Of a stretch of 29,260 nt of DNA, positions 14,988 to 22,654 are shown piece by piece. Location: the NCBI GenBank assembly GCA_017860675.1, contig JAGDMV010000001.1, positions 1 through 29,260 of the forward strand, written 5' to 3'. The notes under the pieces are model-generated. The model was not told the DNA's origin and did not search any database. It saw nothing but the letters and a program-made list of their open reading frames with translations. Position numbers and translations under genes: made by a program. Each line of letters opens with the position of its first letter. Positions within the stretch are counted from its first letter, which is position 1. The stretch comes from Chloroflexota bacterium. GTDB taxonomy: Bacteria > Chloroflexota > Limnocylindria > Limnocylindrales > CSP1-4.

Positions 14988-17057
14988 TCAGCGGGACCGG
15001 TTCCTGCCTGCGCGAGGAGCGGCGGCCGCGGCGACCCGCATGGCCTGCCCACCGGCCTCGTCCACGCTGTCGATCGCGTCGAGCGCTTCGGTCACCTGCG
15101 CGGCGATCCCGTCGACGTCGAGCCGCAGCTTGCGGCGCAGGGCGCCCACCTCGCCATGGTCGACGAACTGGTCGGCCGGGATGCCGACGAGGCGGACCGC
15201 CAGCCCGCGGTAGACGGGATCGACCAGCCGTGCCTCTTCGACAGCGGCCAGCACGGCCGCCCCGAACCCGCCGGCGACCGTGCTCTCCTCGAGCGTGACC
15301 AGGAGGCGCTTGCCACGGGCCTGGTCGAGGAGCAGCTGGCGGTCGAGCGGCTTGGCGAAGCGGGCGTTCACGAGCCCGACGGAGATCCCCCGGGCGGCCA
15401 GCAGGTCGGCCACCTCGGCGGCCCGGGCGACGATCGGACCGAACCCGACGAGGAGCACGTCGCTGCCCTCGCGCAGCACCTCGCCGCGCCCGATCGGCAG
15501 CGGCACGGGCGGGCGCTCGGCGACGCCCAGGCCGGGGTCGCGTGGGTAGTGGAGGGCGAACGGGTGATCGCAGGCGAGGGCGGTGCGCACCATCGCCCGC
15601 AGCTCCTGCTCGTCGCGCGGGCTGGCCACCACGAGGTGCGGCAGCTGCAGCTGGGCCGGCAGGGTGAACATGCCCTGGTGGCTCGTCCCGTCCTCGCCGA
15701 CGAGCCCGGCGCGGTCGACAGCGATGAAGACCGGCACGTCGTTCTGGCAGACGTCGTGGACGACCTGGTCGAAAGCGCGCTGCAGGAAGGTCGAGTAGAG
15801 GGCCACCACCGGGCGCTGGCCGCCAAGCGCCAGGCCGGTGGCCAGGGTGACCGCGTGCTGCTCGGCGATGCCGACGTCGACGAACCGCTCGGGAAACTCG
15901 GCGGCGAACGCCTGCAGACCGGTGCCGGTCGGCATGCCGGCGGTGATGGCGACGATGCGACGGTCCTCGCCGGCCGCGGCGACGAGCTCCTTCGCGAAGT
16001 GGGCGGTGAAGCTGGGCGACCTCGCCAGGGCGGCCTCGGCGGCCGGCACGACGGGCTCGCCGTTCGACAGCCCCGGCGGCCCGCTGACCGAGGGCTCCCC
16101 CGCCCCGAAGGTCGGCGGTGCCGACAGTGCGTGCGCCGCCCGGTCGGCCATGGGTGGCAGGGCCGCGCCGTGGAAGGCTACCCGGTCGCGCTCGGCCGGC
16201 CGGTAGCCCCGCCCCTTCTGGGTCCTGACGTGGACGAGGACCGGCCCGTCGAGCTCGAGCGCCTGGCCGAAGGTGTGCTCGAGGGCGCGCAGGTCGTGGC
16301 CCGGGATCACGCCGATGTAGACGATCCCCAGGTCCTCGAACAGCTGGCCAGGCTGGGCGAAGCTGACCACCGACTTGCGAAGCCGGCGCGACAGCTCGAG
16401 GGCGGTCGGCCCGACGGCCGGGACTCGCTCGACGAAGCTGTCGTAGCCGCGCTTGCCCCGCTCCCAGGCGGACGACAGCTTGATCTCCGACAGGTAGCGC
16501 GAGAGGGCGCCGACCGTGGGGCTGATCGACATCTCGTTGTCGTTCAGGACGACCAGCAGCCGCGCCCGACGGTGGCCGATGTCGTTGAGCGCCTCGAACG
16601 AGAGACCGCTCATCAGGGCGGCGTCGCCGACGACGACCGCGATTCGCTCCAGGCCATGGTGCAGATCGCGCGCCGTGGCCAGGCCCGCGGCGATGGAGAG
16701 CCCCGTGCCGGCGTGGCCGCCGTCGAACACGTCGTGCTCCGACTCGCTTCGGCGGGGAAAGCCACCCACCCCGCCGACCTGGCGGAGGGTCCCGAACCGG
16801 TCGAGCCGGCCGGTCAGGAGCTTGTGGGCATAGGCCTGGTGGCCGGTGTCCCAGACGACCTTGTCCCGGGGCGAGTCCATCAGCCGGTGGAGGGCGATCG
16901 TGACCTCCACCACGCCAAGCGACGATCCGAGGTGACCACCGGTCGTGGCGACCGTGGAGATGATGGTCTCGCGGATCTCCCGGGCGAGCTCGGTGAGCTC
17001 GGCATCGGTCAGGCCTCGCAGGCCTCCCGGCCACTCCAGGCTCGACAGGATCGACAC
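14988..17057 (-). CDS. dxs: 1-deoxy-D-xylulose-5-phosphate synthase
   Basis: GGHLGSSLG, WDTGHQAYAHK, GDAALMSG..FEALN, LNDN, KGRGY, DVGIAEQHAV, YSTFLQRAFDQ and DRAG motifs. GTG at 17057 has GGAG 8 nt upstream; the track start is 17090. Confidence 0.96.
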   Translation of the reverse strand: MSILSSLEWPGGLRGLTDAELTELAREIRETIISTVATTGGHLGSSLGVVEVTIALHRLMDSPRDKVVWDTGHQAYAHKLLTGRLDRFGTLRQVGGVGGFPRRSESEHDVFDGGHAGTGLSIAAGLATARDLHHGLERIAVVVGDAALMSGLSFEALNDIGHRRARLLVVLNDNEMSISPTVGALSRYLSEIKLSSAWERGKRGYDSFVERVPAVGPTALELSRRLRKSVVSFAQPGQLFEDLGIVYIGVIPGHDLRALEHTFGQALELDGPVLVHVRTQKGRGYRPAERDRVAFHGAALPPMADRAAHALSAPPTFGAGEPSVSGPPGLSNGEPVVPAAEAALARSPSFTAHFAKELVAAAGEDRRIVAITAGMPTGTGLQAFAAEFPERFVDVGIAEQHAVTLATGLALGGQRPVVALYSTFLQRAFDQVVHDVCQNDVPVFIAVDRAGLVGEDGTSHQGMFTLPAQLQLPHLVVASPRDEQELRAMVRTALACDHPFALHYPRDPGLGVAERPPVPLPIGRGEVLREGSDVLLVGFGPIVARAAEVADLLAARGISVGLVNARFAKPLDRQLLLDQARGKRLLVTLEESTVAGGFGAAVLAAVEEARLVDPVYRGLAVRLVGIPADQFVDHGEVGALRRKLRLDVDGIAAQVTEALDAIDSVDEAGGQAMRVAAAAAPRAGRNRSR

Positions 17058-17070
17058 GCTGTCGGCTCCA

Positions 17071-17173
17071 ATGCTGCGCCGTGATGCCACGCCGTCCGGT
17101 GCTCGACGTGTGACGGACGGACGACCGTCGTCGTGATGCCTTCGTCGCCCGGGGTCGTCCGGATGCTGCGCCG
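17071..17173. repeat. Two direct repeats in the dxs upstream region
   Basis: ATGCTGCGCCG at 17071-17081 and 17163-17173; CGTGATGCC at 17080-17088 and 17132-17140. Confidence 0.75.
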
Positions 17174-17201
17174 CCCGGACGGCGGGACCGGCGCCCCGCG
17201 G

Positions 17202-17207
17202 AGTCTA
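17202..17207 (-). promoter_or_regulatory. -10 hexamer TAGACT for dxs (about 140-nt leader)
   Basis: Same hexamer as in front of the tRNA, located in the xseB-dxs gap. Motif match only. Confidence 0.45.
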
Positions 17208-17270
17208 CCGTGCCCCGGCGCAGGTGTCCGCCGTCACCCCGGTCGCGCCTCGGCAGCCACCGTCCGACAA

Positions 17271-17534
17271 TCAGGCGGGAGTCTCGTCATCGAGCCGCAT
17301 GTCGGCGGTGGCGACGGCCCCGCGCGCACCCTCGACCAGGCGCCGGACCCTGAGCTCGGCCTCGGCCAGGAGCTGCTCGCAGCGCCGCTCGAGCGCCACG
17401 CCGCGCTCGTAAAGCTCGATCGTCCGCTCCAGCGGCTGGCCACCCGCCTCAAGCTCGGCGACGGTCTGTTCGAGGGCCGCCAGGGCCTGGTCGAAGGTGA
17501 GGTGATCGACTCCTCGATCGGCCGGCTCAGTCAC
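17271..17534 (-). CDS. xseB: Exodeoxyribonuclease VII small subunit
   Basis: LTFDQALAALEQTVAELEAG..PLE..IELYERG..L...C...L..AE.RV..L. GTG at 17534 with GGAGG upstream. Confidence 0.93.
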   Translation of the reverse strand: MTEPADRGVDHLTFDQALAALEQTVAELEAGGQPLERTIELYERGVALERRCEQLLAEAELRVRRLVEGARGAVATADMRLDDETPA

Positions 17535-17832
17535 TGCCACCCCCTCCGAAGTCACCGCCCCCGCTGTCACCGCCCCAATCGCCGCCGGTCGTGACGCCGT
17601 CCCCGCCGTCGCCGCCCGCGGCATCCGTCCCGGCCTCTCTGCCGCCGGCGTCGCCTCCTCCCGGCTCGTCCACGGCGCCCACCGCCATCATCGGGAGGAA
17701 GGCCGCGGCTGCAGCGTCGCCGGGCCCGCGTCGCTGCCCGCGCTTCTGGCGTTCCCGGTACTCGCTGATGACCCACAGGACGAGGACGAGTGCGGCGAAG
17801 CCGAGGATGACCAGCAACGACTCCGTGTCCAT
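17527..17832 (-). CDS. Small single-pass membrane protein with Gly/Asp-rich tail (hypothetical)
   Basis: N-terminal TM (LLVILGFAALVLVLWVI), basic stretch, tail GGDWGGDSGGGDFGGGGSD. GGAGG RBS; starts 5 nt after the xseA stop and its stop overlaps the xseB start. Confidence 0.7.
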   Translation of the reverse strand: MDTESLLVILGFAALVLVLWVISEYRERQKRGQRRGPGDAAAAAFLPMMAVGAVDEPGGGDAGGREAGTDAAGGDGGDGVTTGGDWGGDSGGGDFGGGGSD

Positions 17833-17837
17833 CTCCG

Positions 17838-19343
17838 TCAGCCTCCCTCGGGGTCGGACTGGGCCCCCTCCGATCGTGCCAGGATCGCGCCCTGCGCCAG
17901 CCGGACGTCCAGCGGCGTCCCGGCAGGGGCGTCGGCTGAGGCGCGGACGACGAGCTGGTCGTCAATCCTCCGCACGATCGCATATCCGCGCCCGAGCGTC
18001 GACCCGGGACCGAGGGCGGCAAGGCTCGCGGACGCGACGCGGACCGCAGCCCGTCGCCGTTGAACGTGGCCCTCAACAGCCGGCTCCAGCCGGGTCGCCG
18101 CCCGGCCCGTCGCGTCCCTGGCCGCCCGGAGCCGCTCGGCCGAGGCGCGGGCGGCGCGGTCGAGCAGCTGGCCGGCCCGCTCGCGGGCCGCCGCCAGGCG
18201 GGCGGCCGGCTCCAGCCGGGCCAGCATCCGCCGCTCGGCTGCCACCCGGGTCGCGGACGAGGCGAGTGCCGCCGCGGCCGCGTCGTCGAGCGCCCGGCGC
18301 CTGGCCCACAGCGTTGCCACCACGTCTGGCCGATCGGGGACGACCAGCTCGGCGGCGGCCGAGGGCGTGGGGGCGCGCACGTCGGCGGCGAAGTCGGCCA
18401 GGGTGACATCGGTCTCGTGGCCGATGCCCGCCACCACCGGCACCGGGTGGCCGGCGATGGCCCGGACGACAGCCTCCTCGTTGAAGGCCCACAGGTCCTC
18501 CAGCGAGCCGCCGCCACGGGCGACGATCACCACGGCCGGAGCCTCGTCCGGCCGACCCGCTTCGCGGGCGGTCGCCCCGAACCGCGCCAGCCGGTCGAGG
18601 GCGGCCACGATCGTGGCTGCCGCTCCCTCGCCCCCGACCAGGCAGGGGGCGACGAGCAGGGTGACGAGCGGCCAGCGTCGGGCCAGCACCCGGCGCACAT
18701 CGTGGATGACCGCGCCGGACGGGCTGGTGACGAGCCCGATCGTCGCCGGCCGCGGCGGGAGCGGGCGCTTGCGCGCTCGCTCGAACAGCCCCTCGGCGGT
18801 GAGCCTGGCCTTCGTCGCCTCGAAGCGCAGAGCGAGGTCGCCCAGGCCCGCCGGCTGGACCGCGCTCACGTAGAGCTGGTAGACGCCCTGCGGCTCGAAC
18901 ACGTCGACGCGGCCGTGGGCGACGACCTGGAGCCCGGTGCGCGGCTCGAACGGGCTGGCCAGCCGATCGTCGCGGAAGAAGACGCAGGCGAGCTGGGAGC
19001 GGTCATCCTTCAGCGTGAAGTAGGCGTGCCCCGCGGCGCTCACCGTCACCCGGCCGACCTCGCCCTCCACCCACAGGTCGGCCAGCCGAAGGTCCGCCCG
19101 GAGGAGGTCGCGTACGGCGCCGGTGACCTCGGATACGCCGAGGATGCGGAGACCGAACGACCCACCGGGCGCCGGCGGCCCGCCCGCGGCGAGCGCTCTG
19201 CCCGGCCCCGTCTCGCCCCCCGGCTCCGCATCGTGCGCCTGCGACTGGCCCGGGCTCGGCCGCGTCCCGCCGGCCCGGTCGAGGCCGAGCTCGATCGCGT
19301 CCCAGGCGGGCAGCGCCCAATCGGGTGGCTCGCGCCGGTCCAC
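17838..19343 (-). CDS. xseA: Exodeoxyribonuclease VII large subunit
   Basis: OB-fold (LWVEGEV..V...GHAYFTLKD), ARGGGSLEDLWAFNEE and GIGHETDVTLADFAADVRAPTPSAAAE motifs, with a low-complexity N-terminal extension. Confidence 0.96.
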   Translation of the reverse strand: MDRREPPDWALPAWDAIELGLDRAGGTRPSPGQSQAHDAEPGGETGPGRALAAGGPPAPGGSFGLRILGVSEVTGAVRDLLRADLRLADLWVEGEVGRVTVSAAGHAYFTLKDDRSQLACVFFRDDRLASPFEPRTGLQVVAHGRVDVFEPQGVYQLYVSAVQPAGLGDLALRFEATKARLTAEGLFERARKRPLPPRPATIGLVTSPSGAVIHDVRRVLARRWPLVTLLVAPCLVGGEGAAATIVAALDRLARFGATAREAGRPDEAPAVVIVARGGGSLEDLWAFNEEAVVRAIAGHPVPVVAGIGHETDVTLADFAADVRAPTPSAAAELVVPDRPDVVATLWARRRALDDAAAAALASSATRVAAERRMLARLEPAARLAAARERAGQLLDRAARASAERLRAARDATGRAATRLEPAVEGHVQRRRAAVRVASASLAALGPGSTLGRGYAIVRRIDDQLVVRASADAPAGTPLDVRLAQGAILARSEGAQSDPEGG

Positions 19344-19382
19344 GCGATCAGCCCCGGCCGGACACCTTCACCGCGCCGACGA

Positions 19383-19940
19383 TCAGACCCGGGTGAGGTA
19401 CTCGCCGCTCCGGGTGTCGACCCGGATCGTGTCGCCGGCGGACACGAACAGGGGCACCGACACGACGAGGCCGGTCTCGGTGGTGGCCGGCTTGCGCGCA
19501 CCGGTTGCCGTATCGCCGGCGAAGCCGGGCTCGGTCTCGGTCACGGCCAGGTCGACCGTGATCGGCAGCTCCACGCCCAGGGTCTCGCCCCCGTAGCTGA
19601 TCCGGTCGAGGGTCATCCCGTCCTTGAGATAGCCGACGGCGTCGTCAAGCTGGTCGGCCCGCAGGCCGAACTGCTCGTACGACTCCGCCTCCATGAAGTA
19701 GTAGTCGTCGCCATCGCGGTAGAGGAACTGGATCGGACGCCGGTCCAGCTGGGCGCGGGGCCAGCGCTCGCCGGCCTGGAAGGAGCGCTCGACGATGGAG
19801 CCCTTCTTCACGTTCCGGAACTTGATTCGAACCTGGGCGGAGCCGCGGCCCATCTTGATGTGGTGGTAGTCGAGGATCTGCCACAGGTCGCCGTCGAGCT
19901 CGATGACGACACCCTTGCGCAGCTCACCGGTCGAGATCAT
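19383..19940 (-). CDS. efp: Translation elongation factor P
   Basis: MISTGELRKG N-terminus, loop HIKMGRGSAQVR, QFLY.DG, EPGFAGDTA, A.TETGL.V.VPLFV..GD.I.VDTR.GEY..R. Confidence 0.96.
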   Translation of the reverse strand: MISTGELRKGVVIELDGDLWQILDYHHIKMGRGSAQVRIKFRNVKKGSIVERSFQAGERWPRAQLDRRPIQFLYRDGDDYYFMEAESYEQFGLRADQLDDAVGYLKDGMTLDRISYGGETLGVELPITVDLAVTETEPGFAGDTATGARKPATTETGLVVSVPLFVSAGDTIRVDTRSGEYLTRV

Positions 19941-20009
19941 CGGTGGTTCATGCTCCCTGGGGCGGGGCGCGCGGGCGCGCGCCGGCGGTCGGTCGGTGGA
20001 TCAGCCGCG

Positions 20010-20018
20010 ATCGTAGCA
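20010..20018 (-). promoter_or_regulatory. Extended -10 (TG-C-TACGAT) for efp
   Basis: Lies in the gap between the lipoprotein gene and efp; AGGGAG RBS downstream. Motif match only. Confidence 0.55.
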
Positions 20019-20050
20019 GAGGAACGGGGCAACCCCGCCGCGGGGGCCAG

Positions 20051-20647
20051 CTACGGCGTGGGCGCTGGACCGGCCGAGTAGCTCCAGCCCGTCGATTGCC
20101 GGGTGCCGTCCTCGCGGGTGACGGTGGTCGTGCCCATGCCCAGCGCGTCGGTACAGGGAAGCCTGGTGCAGGCAACCTCGATGGCCACGATCGTCGGGTC
20201 GGGCGTCGCATCCGGGAAGCGACCGGCGTCGGCGAACTCGGCGCACTTGTCGGCAGGCACGGCGATGCACGTCGGACGGATGACGCCGTCCGCTGGACGG
20301 GTGGGTAGCGGGCCGGTCGGCTCGAGCGGGGCGGGCGGGGCAGCCTGCCAGCCCCAGGCCGTGGCGAGGCTGGTGCCATCGGCATAGACGACGACCGTCT
20401 CACCCTGGCAGGCCTGCTCGGTGCACGGTAGATTGATCGCCCGGATGACGATCGCAGTGATCGCCGGCCCGCCGGTGCGGCCGGACATGCGCTCGGCCTC
20501 GCGGACGAGCTCGGGGCAGTGGCCGGCCGGAACACCGGAGCACTCGACCCTCGGCCCGGGCGCGGCCGCCAGCCCGCAGGCGGCGAGCACCAGCCCGGCT
20601 GCGACGACGGCGCAGGCGATCCGGAGCTTGAACCGCGGTCCGGTCAT
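20051..20647 (-). CDS. Hypothetical lipoprotein with two tandem Cys-rich ~65-aa repeats
   Basis: Signal peptide with lipobox LAA-C24. Repeats aa ~34-103 and ~125-193 share C..VP...C, I.AI, LPCT, G.T.V, DGT and W.[WY]. Confidence 0.75.
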   Translation of the reverse strand: MTGPRFKLRIACAVVAAGLVLAACGLAAAPGPRVECSGVPAGHCPELVREAERMSGRTGGPAITAIVIRAINLPCTEQACQGETVVVYADGTSLATAWGWQAAPPAPLEPTGPLPTRPADGVIRPTCIAVPADKCAEFADAGRFPDATPDPTIVAIEVACTRLPCTDALGMGTTTVTREDGTRQSTGWSYSAGPAPTP

Positions 20648-20680
20648 GGCTTGCTCACGATCGCTCGATCGACTCGAAGG

Positions 20681-20707
20681 AGACGCCCGGCCGGGGGTGC
20701 TGTTGCA
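20681..20707 (-). promoter_or_regulatory. ECF-sigma-like promoter TGCAAC-N16-CGTCT
   Basis: Minus strand TGCAAC (20707-20702), a 16-nt spacer, then CGTCT (20685-20681), ending 33 nt upstream of the lipoprotein ATG. Confidence 0.5.
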
Positions 20708-20749
20708 CGGCGGCGGCGCAGCAGCCGCCCACCGTGGCAGTAGCGGTGC

Positions 20750-22426
20750 TCAGCGCGGCGTGTAGAAGTCCATCACCAGGTTCAGGTGACCGCCGGTGAT
20801 CCACAGCCCGATGCCGACGTACTTGAGCCTCGGGTTCATGAGGTTCGCCCAGTGGCCGCCGTTGTACGAGCGTTCGGCCTGGGTGAAGCGGGCGAAGGCG
20901 ACTGCCGCGTCCATCGGATCGCTGTAGAAGCGGCAGCTGATGTTCTCGCCGTAGGCGGCGCCGTAGTAGCCGGCTGCCTTGAGCCGCGAGCCGATCGTCG
21001 TGCCGCCCAGGTAGTGGGTGCACGCGCCGGCCGTGGCCAGTCGCTTGGCATACGGGCGGGCGACCCGGTCGCTGACCCCGGCGTGGAGCTGCAGCGGTGC
21101 GATGCCGCTGCCGCCCGGGCTGGAGCAGGACCCGTTCGACTCCACCCAGCCGCCACCGCGAGTGCAGTTCATCAGCTTGAGCATGTAGCGTTCGACGGCG
21201 TACCACGACGATCGGCCCGCACCGGTGCCGCCCGACGGCGGCCGGGTCGTCGGCCGGGCGGTGGGCTTGGCCCGCGGACCGGTCGAGGTATTGGGACGCG
21301 GGGTGGCTTTCGGCTTCTTGACCGTGGTGAACGAGACCGAACGGCTGCGGTCGAGGGCGACGCCGTCGGCAGAGCGGGCGCTGGCCGCGACCTTCAGGGT
21401 CACCTTCGCCCCGTACGGCAGGTCGCTCTTCGGATCGAGCAGAAGGACGGTGTCGTTCTCGAACCACTGCAGCGCGCCGGTGATGCGCCTGCCGTTCACG
21501 ACCGCTGTGAACGCCTTCTGGGTCGAGGCGCGGTCCATCTTCCGGGTGAAACGGACCGACAGGTCGGCGTCTCGCTCGACGTCATCCGTGCCGCTCCGGG
21601 GCCGGAAGCGGACGACGGCCGGCAAGGCGGTGGTGCGCACGGTCAGCGGCCGGGGCATCGCCACCGGTGCGCCCTCGGCATCGACGAGGCCGCCGCGCAG
21701 GCTCACCACGTAGCGGGTGTCAGGCGCCAGCGGGTCGTCGGGCAGGAAGGTGAGGTCGCGGGTCGTGGCCGAGTCGTTGGCGACGTCGTCGGCGAGAAGC
21801 TCGCCAGCCACGGCCGGCTCGATGACGAAGGCCGCCTTGGCCGCCTCGAGCGGCACCTCGGTGCCGAAGGTGACGACGAAAGCGGTCTCCGAGCGGACCC
21901 GCTTGCCGACCACCTCGGTGGCGATGATCTCCGCGGCCGTCGCCGGGCGGGTCGAGAAGGCGGTCCGCAGCGTGCTCTTGAGCGCCCCTCCGTCGACGTC
22001 GCGCGCCGCGGTTCCGATCGCCACGGTGTAGAAGGTGCCGGGCGCCCAATGCGACGCCGGTCCGATGAGCACCGCCCGGTCATCGTCCAACCAGACGAGC
22101 GAGGTGTCGGCGGCCGGCTCGACGCTCAGCGCCGTCTCCACCGAGGCGCGGTTCATCGGCTTGCTGAACTCGACCAGCACCGTGCCGTCGAGCGGCTGGG
22201 ACGCAACGACTGCCGGGCCGAACCGCTGCGCCTCGACGGGCGCCGGGGTCGTGGCCGGGACGGCCACGGTTCCGCGCGGCAGGATGCCGAAGCCGGCGAG
22301 ACCCAGCAGGCCGCCAACGCCGAGGACGAGCGCCAGCCGTGCGGCGATCCTCTTGCTGGCGATCACCGGGAGATACACCAGCGCGAGGACGGGGACGGCG
22401 AGCACGCTCGCCGCGATCTTGCGCAA
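20750..22426 (-). CDS. Membrane-anchored surface protein: three Big_5 (SbsA-type Ig-like) domains + C-terminal CAP/SCP domain
   Basis: Two N-terminal hydrophobic segments; three repeats of V.F...M...S...A.....P...L.P.T.Y.V.....D..G..L...F.T; Pro/Thr/Arg linker; CAP motifs N..R, H, GENI, GH..NLM, VGIG, DF. TTG at 22426 has GAGGAG 5 nt upstream; the track start is 22507. Confidence 0.85.
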   Translation of the reverse strand: MRKIAASVLAVPVLALVYLPVIASKRIAARLALVLGVGGLLGLAGFGILPRGTVAVPATTPAPVEAQRFGPAVVASQPLDGTVLVEFSKPMNRASVETALSVEPAADTSLVWLDDDRAVLIGPASHWAPGTFYTVAIGTAARDVDGGALKSTLRTAFSTRPATAAEIIATEVVGKRVRSETAFVVTFGTEVPLEAAKAAFVIEPAVAGELLADDVANDSATTRDLTFLPDDPLAPDTRYVVSLRGGLVDAEGAPVAMPRPLTVRTTALPAVVRFRPRSGTDDVERDADLSVRFTRKMDRASTQKAFTAVVNGRRITGALQWFENDTVLLLDPKSDLPYGAKVTLKVAASARSADGVALDRSRSVSFTTVKKPKATPRPNTSTGPRAKPTARPTTRPPSGGTGAGRSSWYAVERYMLKLMNCTRGGGWVESNGSCSSPGGSGIAPLQLHAGVSDRVARPYAKRLATAGACTHYLGGTTIGSRLKAAGYYGAAYGENISCRFYSDPMDAAVAFARFTQAERSYNGGHWANLMNPRLKYVGIGLWITGGHLNLVMDFYTPR

Positions 22427-22497
22427 TCCTGCTCCTCGCTCCTCCGGTCGACGGCGCATCGATCGCTGACCGCCGGGCTCCCCCGCTGGCTGCCGCC

Positions 22498-22506
22498 ACC
22501 ATACCA
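22498..22506 (-). promoter_or_regulatory. Extended -10 (TG-G-TATGGT) for the Ig/CAP gene
   Basis: Lies in the peptidase-Ig/CAP gap, about 70 nt before the proposed TTG start. Motif match only. Confidence 0.45.
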
Positions 22507-22654
22507 CCGCTCCAGCGAGGGCGGCAACCTCTGGGCATGCTGCCGCATCCAGGCTGGCGGCCGGTGTAGCACGCCACGGCGTTCCAGACGCGACACGCGC
22601 CGGAGGACCCCGGGGCAGACGGGTGCCACCCGCGGGCGTTCGCGGCCCGGCCGG

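Noticed and set aside
17058-17207. TPP riboswitch upstream of the TPP-dependent enzyme Dxs
   Set aside because: The conserved UGAGA and ACCUGA...GGGA elements of TPP aptamers are not present.
22427-22654. c-di-AMP (ydaO) or c-di-GMP riboswitch upstream of the Ig/CAP gene
   Set aside because: Only fragments resemble the consensus (AGCGGGGGAGCCC, CGGTCAGC). The GCUGAA, GGGGUGAA and CUAAC elements and their spacing are missing. An Rfam scan would settle it.
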